This document shows positions 1 through 9,470 of a stretch of 64,000 nucleotides of DNA, piece after piece (position 1 is the first letter of the stretch; each line of letters opens with the position of its first letter). A program made the position numbers and the translations under genes. The DNA comes from Botryllus schlosseri (lineage: Eukaryota). The notes beneath the pieces were generated by a model, which was given only the letters and a program-made list of their open reading frames with translations, was not told the origin of the DNA and made no database searches. The stretch covers positions 10,540,001-10,604,000 of the forward strand of contig CM119382.1 of assembly GCA_051294905.1 (NCBI GenBank), read 5' to 3'.

Positions 1-684
1 ATCACACCTTAGGGGCTAGCAAGCATATTTGCCCCGGTTGCTCGGCCATTTTACGAATAGGAGAGAGTAAAGCAACGTTTCTTAATTGTGCGCAGCTTTG
101 AGAGAATAGATAGTGAAAGCTTGTTATGAGCGCTACCGGGGCAAGCCCCGGCTAGGCATTCACAAAGCGAAAACACAGAAGAGAATTCGATTTTCGCGGA
201 GACTTCGCTATGTATGGGCATTTGCAAGCGAAAGCACAAGAAGAACGCGGGTTTCGCTGTGATCTCGATATATATTGAGCGCTGTGCGTCTATAAATGGT
301 TAAATTGTTATTGAACAGAATTTTAGGTGGGGCAATGCCCCAGTTGCCCTATAGGACGAGCCGCCACTGATATTTTGCCTTCTCGGAATTGGACGTAAAT
401 TACGGCTGATTGTGACTATAGAGTGGAATCACAATCATCATCATCATCATTGGTTTATTAGCAATTTTATCAGTTCAATACACCACAAAAATGCGATACA
501 ATGTAAAGAAAGGAAGATGTCGAAGCGACTAGGAATTGTCTATGGAACACCACTGTCGGATGGTCATAATGTGACCTATGAACAATTGAACATACTTGAC
601 ATTTGCTATCCCAGGAGATTATTTGATTATAATATTTCATACAAAAAATCTCAACATTTGTAAGAAATGTGCTGGATAATATGG

Positions 685-1054
685 TAGGCTTACCATATTT
701 TGGAAATCTAAAAAGAGGACACTTTTTCAGAAATTTAAGACTTGCAAAACCGGAGAAGAATTCTCAAAAACCGGTAAAATTTTCCCACTTTGTGATCGGT
801 TGACTAAAAAAAAAAGGTCAACTTTTCGCTCAGAGCTAAAATCACCGTTTTTCACTCCGAAATACCCGCCGGAGCGTCACTTCTGTGCTAATTTACGGCA
901 TATCACTCGCAATTTGCTCTAAATCTGACCTAAATTGAAAAAAAAAGAGGACAAAATCCCAAAAAAGAGGACAAAAGGGCGTCCTCCGAGGACACTTTCA
1001 AAAAAGTCAAAATAGAGGACAAATTCTCTTAAAAGAGGACGTATGGTAACCCTA
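685..1054. mobile_element. hAT-type MITE (370 bp)
   Basis: Ends TAGGCTTACCATA...TATGGTAACCCTA; 8-bp TSD TAATATGG at 677-684 and 1055-1062. Confidence 0.85.
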
Positions 1055-1640
1055 TAATATGGCCATTTTTCAAAATAGCTTCGCGGGCCGTATGTTTGAC
1101 ACCCCTGCACTACACTATCTCCCCAGCCATGTGTGAGTTACGGATCTGATGTGTGAGCATAATACCAGTATAGAGTAGGGTTACCATTAGGGATGGTGTG
1201 AACCTCTGAAAGGTTCAGGTTCGTGTGAACGCGAACTTTTTTGAAAGGTTCTGTGTGAACACGAACGTGAACCTCATGACGTCACATGACGTCATATTGC
1301 TAATTCTAACCCTATCTTTCAATGAAGTGATAGCCTATATTAATGTACCTACACGATACCTAGCAACGACTCGGGCCACATAATGCCACAATGCTGAAGT
1401 ACATATTGGCGTACCAAATGTCGCTAAATGTATCAACTGATGCAATCAAGGATATAATGCTCCCATAAAATCAATATCTTCCCTCGCTTTGCCACCAATT
1501 TTCGCGAGGACTTACCAGGAAATATAAGCTTACGCCTTAGCGCGTTAGCGGTCTAGGCCAGACTGTACAATGTGTTCGGCGTCTGAGTATTGCTGCATTG
1601 ATATTGAGCAGAGTGTAAATCGGGTTTCTATACTTACTAC

Positions 1641-1978
1641 TGTGGATAGGCTCTAGCTCCCTCTCTCCTATCTGTATGGAGGAATACCACATCACGTGAC
1701 TTATCGCACAGTTATAACCGAGCGCATATCGCATATTAGCCCCTTTTGATATGAGACTCAACGTACGCCGTATAACCTACTGCTTGAAGTAACCATCCGT
1801 CCAATACATATGGAAAAGGCAATTGTCGTCTATTGAACTACCAGTCAAAGAGCTACACGCAGGACGTCGTTCGTATCCGCTAATGCCAGATAAGGATATT
1901 GTAAGCCGCTATCCATGACATACGGACTTGCGGTATATACCATCGCAGAATATCGGACAGACAGCTCCTTTCACCGCA
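1641..1978 (+). repeat. 5' LTR
   Basis: TGTGGATAGG...TTCACCGCA; identical by eye to 28269-28606. Confidence 0.92.
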
Positions 1979-2242
1979 TGATGCCCACGAGTGAATGACT
2001 TAGTTCAAACGAAAAGACTCTTTGCTACTCCATCAACGGACCATTAATACTCACCTGCGACGATACGGAAACTCACTGAGAACGCCAGGACTGCAAGACA
2101 CATCCGGTATTTACCCTTCTATACGATTTCTGGAATTGTTTGTCGGTCAGCAGTTCGCACATACCTTTCAGTTTAATTTTCCGTGTTATTCCGTGCTTTT
2201 GCCTATTACCATTTTCGTACATTTATTACGATATATATTAAT

Positions 2243-2666
2243 ATGGCAACCAGCAGCGAAACAGACGCAAGTGAAGCTCAAAATAAATCGCATAATTACG
2301 ATCTTAGAAACCGCAGGGATGAACCTGCTACTGGATCCGGCCTATCCGATGATAATGTTCAAGTCAACATAGGCCTACTTCGTGAAAATCAAAATGTCGA
2401 TGTCATAACTGCCGAAATTAACGGGCCTGTCTCTCAGACGGACGCCGAGGATAATGATGAGGCATCCTGGGGCGCGAGTAGTGAGATTCCCCGGAATGCA
2501 CCGCCTACCCGTGATCCGGTTCGCATGAATTTAGTTGTTGAACCACATTATCAATACGCTTCTCGCCCACGTGAGAACCGGCAAATTCCCTCATTCGGCT
2601 TGTCAAAGGAATATCGTGACACGTGTATTGAGGAAGCTGGACGCGCTATTAGTTCGGTTAAAGATG
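2243..2666 (+). pseudogene. gag-like ORF 5' part, interrupted by the Polinton
   Basis: MATSSETD...SSVKD; rejoining across the TSD gives VKDASFDRNAPALYF, similar to the Gypsy gag motif VKLPPFWxxDPxLWF. Confidence 0.55.
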
Positions 2667-3198
2667 AGTAGTTAGGTAAATGGGCGATTTGCCCGCATGC
2701 ACCCTATTTACTTAAACAAACCAAGATTATCATTATAATAAACAGTGTAAGAATTAGCTCATTCTCAGTTTTGCAGCAATACTCGAAGGGGAATTCCCTT
2801 CTGGCTGTGCGGCAATTAAAAAAGGGGGCTTGACTGAGAGAAAACGAACAAAGAATCTGGATTGACCTTTGTACTCAGACTGGAGTACTTCTACTTGTAC
2901 TTTTCCACTCCTGATTCTACCTCACCTCTGGACACGAGACTTGTATATTTGATATATATTATATTTTCCCGCGAATAACAATGGATTGACATTTAATTTC
3001 AATGGTGTGCACGCCGACGAATCGGTATAGTTCTCCTGTCTTGACGTGTCGTTCCGCGGTGGGTTGATTAATCCAATTGCGTGTAAACACGATGGGATTT
3101 GGAAATATTTGTCCGTCAAACATGACGTCAGTATAGTATTTGTTCCTCCGGATCCGTATGTGAGATCCCGGCTCGTGTTTTAGGTGGATTGTCAACGC
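2667..3198. repeat. Polinton left TIR (532 bp)
   Basis: Reverse complement of 24690-25221; four mismatches seen (2733, 2924, 3172, 3192). Confidence 0.95.
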
Positions 3199-3246
3199 GT
3201 TCGGCCAGACGAAACGATGCAAGGTAACGATTCTGGTCTGCGTCAT
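2959..3246 (-). CDS. Hypothetical 95-aa protein reading from unique sequence into the TIR
   Basis: ATG at 3246, co-oriented downstream of the protease gene; no recognised motif. Confidence 0.35.
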   Translation of the reverse strand: MTQTRIVTLHRFVWPNALTIHLKHEPGSHIRIRRNKYYTDVMFDGQIFPNPIVFTRNWINQPTAERHVKTGELYRFVGVHTIEIKCQSIVIRGKI

Positions 3247-3399
3247 ACTGTCGTAGTTGACCTCTTTTTGCTCCCTGGGTAGTAGCGAGTATGATATTTA
3301 TGATGCCAACGACTCCCCGAGCGCTCGTAAAAAGACTATAACGTATGCTGTACAAGGTTTATTGAACATACACAATCTGAAAATACAAGTCACGAGTGT

Positions 3400-3846
3400 T
3401 CACAAAGTAGATTTTTCTTTGTTTACAAAATCAAAAACGAGGCGATCATTCACACGTTTATCAGAACCAAAAGCATCTAAATAATCAAGGGTACCTACAC
3501 CTTGACCCTTTCTAATCAGGAAAGCGATACAATGTTCGCCGCACACAAACGAACGTAAAGACTGTAATTGCACACTAGTGAAGGTATAATCGTCCGCGCC
3601 CAATAACCTATAGATCTCCTTCTTCAGAGGCGGAATCCCGAAAGAGTCGTGAAAGTGCGTGCCATCTTGATCGGCGAAGATACAGATCCAATGCGAGCCG
3701 CCCTTCGCGTTAGGGTCGTAATTGATAACGACTGCGTACGGCTTAAGTAGCTTCGCTGGCAATAAATCGATAGCGAAAGTCCCGGCAAATAAATCTCGCG
3801 TGTCGCGATGATTGAATAAAATATGATTAATTTGATCGGTATTCAT
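3400..3846 (-). CDS. Adenain-like (C5) cysteine maturation protease
   Basis: GSHW (His), FHDSFG (Asp), QLQS...CGEHC (Gln/Cys); likely start MNTDQI at 3846 with ATGA overlap onto the MCP stop. Confidence 0.93.
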   Translation of the reverse strand: MNTDQINHILFNHRDTRDLFAGTFAIDLLPAKLLKPYAVVINYDPNAKGGSHWICIFADQDGTHFHDSFGIPPLKKEIYRLLGADDYTFTSVQLQSLRSFVCGEHCIAFLIRKGQGVGTLDYLDAFGSDKRVNDRLVFDFVNKEKSTL

Positions 3847-5117
3847 ACGGACACTACTTCCCGCTTCTCTGAGATCTCCAAAAGTTGTTGGTATTCTTTG
3901 GGACACAGTAGAGTCGCTCCTTCCGGCAACCCCGCGGTCAGGGTCATGTGAAGCTTCACGGACCCGGTCTTCTCGAGTTGAAAGCAGCCTTGATGCGTAC
4001 GGTCTGGAGTCAAATCGAACGCAAACAGAGTGTATCCCGCCTTATAATTCTCAGAGTCGATAAAAAGATCTTCCTGAGCATCCCACTTCCCGGTGGATTG
4101 GTAGACGCTGAAAAACCCCTCGAGGTTTGTGTTTTTATCAAAATCGAATCTGAAATTACGCCCGTACAAAAGCTTCCCGTTCACGTTGATAGCCAGATTT
4201 CCGACGTGATAGTGACAGAAATTAAAGGGGTTTCGAGTCTTACTACCGTTATAGGCAGCTGTCGGGACCAGACCAATCACGATACGTCGAGGCATGACCC
4301 CAGAAATCAGCGTTTTCTCAATGGAGGTATCACCCGCTCCAAAAGAGTGATTACTCATTTCGAGCTTTATAATAGGGTATTTCGCCGTGTGCGTACGAAG
4401 CATCGTTTTGTGTGCCAAACTGACAGAGTCTGAAACTTGGATTTGCTTGACGTGCAATTCCACTTTTTTCAGTATGATTTTAGAGTCGGCAGACCCGAGG
4501 AGACAGAAATCGTCATCGTTACGGATTAATCGCAACGACAGATCCACGTTATCCAGTAAATATCTGTCCTGGTCGAATAAACCGAGCGGTATCTTGCCGA
4601 TGACCTCGAGCGTTGCACTGTCGGCGGTCAGGGCTTTTCGTGCCGTGAAGCCGACGTTGTCTGCCGTGAAAGTATCCTGCTGTTTCATCGTATCTGGGAT
4701 CCAGCCGATACATTTCAGATAGGTTTCGCCGGCCGCGCGAGAGCTATTTAGTAGATGGAAAATGAAGCTTTTGTAGGCGTGATTGTTGTCCGATGTGGTG
4801 ATCAGCTTCGAGCCCAGATACAGATCGATCTGCTTGAATAAGGCGTCGAATATATCCGACACGACAGCGACGTTGTCTCCCCCGATCGTGGTGCAATCTT
4901 TTTTGGTCACTTGCAGTTGTATTTTCATAAACGAGCTGGACAAATCCAAGTAGTGATCGCTACCTTTCACGTTAATCTCAATGACATCGCCCAATTTATC
5001 CGGTGTGGCGATCAACGTGCTGGTGTCGGCGACCGCCGTTTGCGTCGGGGGTACCGTGAAAATATCTAATCCGCTGTTGAGGCACTCGGCCGAATTTTCG
5101 TGCATCAATTTAGCCAT
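3843..5117 (-). CDS. Double jelly-roll major capsid protein (hexon-like)
   Basis: MAKLMHENSAEC..GLDIFTVPPTQT start, YLDLSSS, NPFNF and YTLFAFDLTPD motifs typical of Polinton MCP; about 424 aa. Confidence 0.92.
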   Translation of the reverse strand: MAKLMHENSAECLNSGLDIFTVPPTQTAVADTSTLIATPDKLGDVIEINVKGSDHYLDLSSSFMKIQLQVTKKDCTTIGGDNVAVVSDIFDALFKQIDLYLGSKLITTSDNNHAYKSFIFHLLNSSRAAGETYLKCIGWIPDTMKQQDTFTADNVGFTARKALTADSATLEVIGKIPLGLFDQDRYLLDNVDLSLRLIRNDDDFCLLGSADSKIILKKVELHVKQIQVSDSVSLAHKTMLRTHTAKYPIIKLEMSNHSFGAGDTSIEKTLISGVMPRRIVIGLVPTAAYNGSKTRNPFNFCHYHVGNLAINVNGKLLYGRNFRFDFDKNTNLEGFFSVYQSTGKWDAQEDLFIDSENYKAGYTLFAFDLTPDRTHQGCFQLEKTGSVKLHMTLTAGLPEGATLLCPKEYQQLLEISEKREVVSV

Positions 5118-5508
5118 CGAATATATCTCTCCGTCTACGTTTCTTGTTTGACGTAGTACCTCCCCGCGCACCCTTTTTAAGCTTTTTCGTGGCTTTTCGT
5201 TTACGACCCCCGATCGCGGTATCGAGAAGCTGTAGACCTCCTTCTTTACTCCGTGATATAGCGGATTGCTTGAACGAGCGCCCGGCCACCAAATCTTTTG
5301 CGATATTCGACCCGGTACGGAGGATTTGTTTCCCCAGTATCTTGGAGCCTTTTGATACTAGAGGTAAGACCGCCCGGCCTATGGTTCGAAAAATCGACGC
5401 GAGTCCGCTACCGCTTTGCCTGGACCCCCGGTAAAACCCGTAATTCCCAGCTCCGGTCTGATAGTGGTGCAATACGGCTTCTCGGTCACAGCAATAGTGC
5501 ACTTTCAT
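5110..5508 (-). CDS. Basic core protein with putative protease sites
   Basis: YQTGAG and RQSGSGLASIFRTIGRAVLPL (glycine motif followed by an amphipathic helix); K/R-rich tail. Confidence 0.75.
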   Translation of the reverse strand: MKVHYCCDREAVLHHYQTGAGNYGFYRGSRQSGSGLASIFRTIGRAVLPLVSKGSKILGKQILRTGSNIAKDLVAGRSFKQSAISRSKEGGLQLLDTAIGGRKRKATKKLKKGARGGTTSNKKRRRRDIFDG

Positions 5509-5870
5509 AACGACACCCTGAGATGTATCGTGAGGTCCAAACCCGAGATGTCCAATAATTCACCATACTCGTCCCTTATATAGATGTAGAAATACTCGAA
5601 ACGGTCGAGTCTGACTTTGGCGTAGTATCGATTTTGAAATATATGGTTTTGTCGCTCCCCCTCGTGTAGCGCAACGACTCTTAGCAACGGGACCAAAGCG
5701 TCACCCACCGGCGTCGACTCGATGTCATTACAGTAGATAAAGGCGTAGAGGCTTTCGCCCGACTCACGAACAAAGTTTATCTCCATAAGAGCAATCTCAA
5801 GACCTTTACAATCCATTCCGTGGGGTAGGGTAAATACGGGCCCGTCACCGGTCAGTGTTTGGAACGTCAT
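5505..5870 (-). CDS. Minor capsid (penton) paralog 3, minimal 121 aa
   Basis: EIALMEINF, FIYCNDIESTPVGDALVPLLRVV and IYIRDEYG match penton strands. Confidence 0.75.
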   Translation of the reverse strand: MTFQTLTGDGPVFTLPHGMDCKGLEIALMEINFVRESGESLYAFIYCNDIESTPVGDALVPLLRVVALHEGERQNHIFQNRYYAKVRLDRFEYFYIYIRDEYGELLDISGLDLTIHLRVSL

Positions 5871-6624
5871 CTCGTAAGTGAAGGGTCAATTCAATGTCAC
5901 CGCATTTAAGTTCTTTTCCAAGAGAATCTCTTATGCTGATGCGTACGCTACGGAAGCTGTTGGCATCGGCGGGTAGGTAAAACGGTTTCCTGAATGATAC
6001 GTGCTGTCGTTTCATCTCCGGTACCGTAACGGGGATGATTCGTAAAAGTCTGGACATATAATCACCTACCGGGAGATGGCGCACGCAATCGCAATATATA
6101 AATAAATACTGAGATTTTACTATCGACGGGATATACCACGCATCGAATTCAATGTGCTCAACCTCGCGTAATGAGATCGGGACCTCTCCCTCCTCCGCGA
6201 TGATGTCGTCAATATCGTATCTCTGATGCTCGTGTATGAGACGGTAGTTACCGAAATTCGCGTAAGGCCCGAGCGTAGATGTGAACAGAGAAGAATTCGG
6301 TGGGAATCCCTCGCATACCAATCGATTCTGGCTGGGCGTAAAGTACCAGTGATAACCGTTCACGAGTTCCTCGCTAATTCTTTGCATTAGTTGATCGACA
6401 TTATCGAAATCTCCGGTGGGTAACTCATAGACTTCGGTGACGTCTTTGACAATCGTATTCCAGAAGCTCATGGCCCGGGTGGGTTCTGTGATCACAATTC
6501 TTTCTTGAAAGTCATGATTGAAGCTAATCTCTCGGAGAGCGATCTGTTTACCCTCCGATTCGATTTCAACCGGTAATTCAACCGTGAAATCGGGTCCGCT
6601 TCCGAATATCGTGATATAGCTCAT
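5845..6624 (-). CDS. Minor capsid (penton) paralog 2
   Basis: IALREISF, FIYCDCVRHLPVGDYMSRLLRIIP, PFYLP and ISIRDSLG. Confidence 0.82.
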   Translation of the reverse strand: MSYITIFGSGPDFTVELPVEIESEGKQIALREISFNHDFQERIVITEPTRAMSFWNTIVKDVTEVYELPTGDFDNVDQLMQRISEELVNGYHWYFTPSQNRLVCEGFPPNSSLFTSTLGPYANFGNYRLIHEHQRYDIDDIIAEEGEVPISLREVEHIEFDAWYIPSIVKSQYLFIYCDCVRHLPVGDYMSRLLRIIPVTVPEMKRQHVSFRKPFYLPADANSFRSVRISIRDSLGKELKCGDIELTLHLRDDVPNTDR

Positions 6625-7424
6625 AACGCTTTGACGGCTCCTCGACGGATCAGTAAAGTCACTGTAACGGGAGCTGTTTTAAACGCGACAGGGTTATTGT
6701 TCTTGTCACGAAGATATACTCGTATATTTCGAATATTACTCTTGGCCAGGGGAAAAAAGTAAGGTTTATCATATACACAGTGCTGTATTTTTCCTTCTTG
6801 CGCGGTCACCGGAACGCTTCGAAGGAGAGGTACTAGCTCGCTCCCGAATACACGAGGTCTGATCAGATCGGTGTATATATAAACGGTGTCTACATCTTTC
6901 ACGATGGTTTTCGGTCTGATTAAGAACTCTATTGGTTTTTGTTTCTTCAAAACATGATGTTCCACTGTAAAATAACGCGGAAACGTGTCCTCGATGCTGG
7001 TGAGACGCGGACCCGCACCACTGATTTTTTTGACCCGTATCAAGGGCTCGTCGGCCGGTGGAAACCGACTCTTGAGATACTCAAAGTTCAAGCCGAACAC
7101 GCCACCGGTATATCGCTTGATTGTAATTTCTTTCTCGTATCGCAAGCGAAACTGTTCCAACATATCTGGGACACTGCGATACTTGCCGGGCGGTATGTAA
7201 TACACGTGACGATGGCCCCTGTCAGAAAATTCGATACCCGCACGCTTGTGGTCTACCGTGAACGTGGGCTGGAAGCTCACTGGGAACATGACCTCCGCAA
7301 GCGATGCCTCATATCTTTCTGTATCATATTTTAACTCGGAGAATAGTTGGGTTACAAAATCGTTCGCGGTGTTAGCCTTAAAAACGCTCATTGAAGAATT
7401 ACTCGGTAAAACCAGAAGAGTCAT
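6621..7424 (-). CDS. Minor capsid (penton) paralog 1
   Basis: Canonical LPSNSS..F..NT..DF start; YIYTDLI..RVFG...VPLLRSVP, PYFFPL and IRVYLRD. Confidence 0.9.
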   Translation of the reverse strand: MTLLVLPSNSSMSVFKANTANDFVTQLFSELKYDTERYEASLAEVMFPVSFQPTFTVDHKRAGIEFSDRGHRHVYYIPPGKYRSVPDMLEQFRLRYEKEITIKRYTGGVFGLNFEYLKSRFPPADEPLIRVKKISGAGPRLTSIEDTFPRYFTVEHHVLKKQKPIEFLIRPKTIVKDVDTVYIYTDLIRPRVFGSELVPLLRSVPVTAQEGKIQHCVYDKPYFFPLAKSNIRNIRVYLRDKNNNPVAFKTAPVTVTLLIRRGAVKAL

Positions 7425-7596
7425 CTTCGTCGGCGGTTTGGAGAGACAGTACCCTAGTTAGCGAGGATATATCCGTCTGGGTTTCGGTGAATAAGTTGTA
7501 CACAGTTACACCCACGATAAAAAACAGTATCGCGAGCTGTAGAACCACCAAAGGTATCCGTAACGTACCCCGCTGCGATAAATCCATGATTACCAC
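7399..7596 (-). CDS. Small single-pass membrane protein (65 aa)
   Basis: Hydrophobic IPLVVLQLAILFFIVGVTVYNLF; fits the gap between integrase and penton. Confidence 0.5.
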   Translation of the reverse strand: MVIMDLSQRGTLRIPLVVLQLAILFFIVGVTVYNLFTETQTDISSLTRVLSLQTADEDDSSGFTE

Positions 7597-7617
7597 GGTC
7601 GAGTTGTCGTGTCTGTT

Positions 7618-8619
7618 TTATACAAAACCGTCAACGTAAGAGTCCATCGATTTTGGATAACCCTCCCAGCGCACTAGATATCTCCGCTTGCGCCCCCTCC
7701 CGATCACTTTCTGTATCGATTCGACGCGATAGACATCGTCTTTTTTATCGATGGCTTGTAATTCGCTTTCGTAGAATGTTCCACTAATTACGTCCCCGTT
7801 ATAATCTCGGATGGTGTACGTAGCGGGGCTTCCCCATTTCCGTGTGTGCACGTAAAATATCTCGCGAGTCCAAGACCCCGCTGTCCCTTTTGCAAACGTG
7901 GCACGTCGGGTGGTAATTCTCACTGGTTGATCGACGGGTAGCTTGGGTGACACCGGAGGTCCGGTTCCGTTGTATAGTCTATCGAACACCAGAGACGCGT
8001 TGCTATTGGTAACCTCTGACGGTCGCATCAAAATCGCGGTGTGATACGTTTGGTTATAGCTCTCTGCGATATCTCCCAGCACGTCGATGTAGCGATGTGT
8101 GCGGTTCTTGACAAAGTATCGATTCAATACATTGCGGGTCGTACGAATTACACGCTCTACGACGCTAGCCTTAGTATCGCTGTTGGTAAAAAAGTGCTTG
8201 ACGTGGTTGTCTCTAAAAAACCTCTGTATAACCGACCCCGTGAATTCTTTCCCGGCATCAGTCTGAACGACGTGTGGTCTCTTATGAGCGAATACCTGGT
8301 TGAAGCCCTCGATCATATCTATCGGACGCTTTCGTTTCGTGGCGTATAAAAACATATATTTCGAAAAACAACAAATTGACACCAACACATAACGATAGCC
8401 ATCATTGCTACTAGAAATATTAGACAAGTCCATGAGGTCACTCTGGATCTGAATAAATGGCCCGCCGACGATCGTCTTCTGTCGTTGAAATTTGCCGGTA
8501 TACGGATAGAACAGGGTGTAGCTATCCTCTTGTTTCAAATCCTTCTTGTCGGGGTGCAAGTATTTACCGCGATAGCTCGCCGGGGCTTTGATATCAAAAT
8601 ATTTATCCTTACTCGTCAT
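7618..8619 (-). CDS. Retroviral-like DDE integrase with C-terminal chromodomain
   Basis: QSDLMD, QTDAGKEF and SVVERVIRT; chromodomain YRVESI..RYLVRWEGY. Confidence 0.95.
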   Translation of the reverse strand: MTSKDKYFDIKAPASYRGKYLHPDKKDLKQEDSYTLFYPYTGKFQRQKTIVGGPFIQIQSDLMDLSNISSSNDGYRYVLVSICCFSKYMFLYATKRKRPIDMIEGFNQVFAHKRPHVVQTDAGKEFTGSVIQRFFRDNHVKHFFTNSDTKASVVERVIRTTRNVLNRYFVKNRTHRYIDVLGDIAESYNQTYHTAILMRPSEVTNSNASLVFDRLYNGTGPPVSPKLPVDQPVRITTRRATFAKGTAGSWTREIFYVHTRKWGSPATYTIRDYNGDVISGTFYESELQAIDKKDDVYRVESIQKVIGRGRKRRYLVRWEGYPKSMDSYVDGFV

Positions 8620-9061
8620 CGTCGTAGGCCGTCCACGATCCGTAGAGCTGGGGCGGCTTCCTGTTAGCTCGACGGCTACGTTTGATGATCTCTTGCAGTG
8701 GCGGTGATCTTTTGGCTATCTTGCTTGTGGTGGGGGTACTTGGAGACGACGGGGCTTTCGGTGTTACTTTCGAGGTGACCCGACCCGGCTTCACCTCGTG
8801 CAGTAATTCACGGAGAGTGGCTATCTGATCGTTCGTGAACCCGTTGGAGGTGTCGGTCATCTTCATCTGAAGAGGCTTGTCGATCTGACCCCGTTGACTT
8901 TTATACTTTGAGATGGCAGAGTTATACATGGACAATTTCTTGTCGGCCGAAACGTCCATAGTCAAAATCGCGCTGATCGATCGGTCCAACTCGGAGTTCA
9001 AATCAGTCGCGTTAGAGGGAGCCAGAGGGTTAGGCGATATGATCACTTTTTTGAAATTCAT
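8609..9061 (-). CDS. Polinton hypothetical 150-aa protein
   Basis: Tightly packed with overlapping stop/start codons; LDRSISAIL..KLSMYNSAI helix; basic S/P-rich tail. Confidence 0.65.
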   Translation of the reverse strand: MNFKKVIISPNPLAPSNATDLNSELDRSISAILTMDVSADKKLSMYNSAISKYKSQRGQIDKPLQMKMTDTSNGFTNDQIATLRELLHEVKPGRVTSKVTPKAPSSPSTPTTSKIAKRSPPLQEIIKRSRRANRKPPQLYGSWTAYDDDE

Positions 9062-9432
9062 TTTTTGCCAAAAACAGATTTCAGCAACGATGCCGCCAAT
9101 GGCAGGATTGATAAGATACCGCTAATAAAACCGCCTCGTTGTGTGTTGGCGTGTAATACACGTCTCTTGGTCTTCAAGCTCAACTTTTTACTTGTCAGCT
9201 TTCGAATTTTGTCTTTATGCGGGTGTAAATTTTGTATATGGCGTTTTGACAGTCGCAGATTGCCGTTCAAAACATTCACACAGACTTCACAAAATGCCTT
9301 CACCAAACCGGAAGAGCTACCCAATAATATATCCTTCCTTACCGCGGGCGACGCCTTGGACAGAAATTTCAAAGTCTCGCCGTGCTTCTTAATATAACAG
9401 TGACGTTTCGGCAGCGATTTGGTCCGAGCCAT
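9058..9432 (-). CDS. Basic core protein with a QRGG-F site and C-terminal amphipathic helix
   Basis: FCEVCVNVLNGN core and QRGGFISGILSILPLAASLL, typical of a conserved Polinton small protein. Confidence 0.8.
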   Translation of the reverse strand: MARTKSLPKRHCYIKKHGETLKFLSKASPAVRKDILLGSSSGLVKAFCEVCVNVLNGNLRLSKRHIQNLHPHKDKIRKLTSKKLSLKTKRRVLHANTQRGGFISGILSILPLAASLLKSVFGKK

Positions 9433-9470
9433 TATGAATATAGTGTCAAAAGTGTCGGTACTTTCGCTAT

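Noticed and set aside
412-663. Poly-His ORF
   Set aside because: A short (CAT)n microsatellite in AT-rich sequence with a non-ATG start; no coding support.
3948-9397. Plus-strand ORFs overlapping the Polinton genes (for example 3948-4433, 6939-7334, 8041-8349, 9065-9397)
   Set aside because: Antisense shadows of well-supported minus-strand genes, with no motifs.
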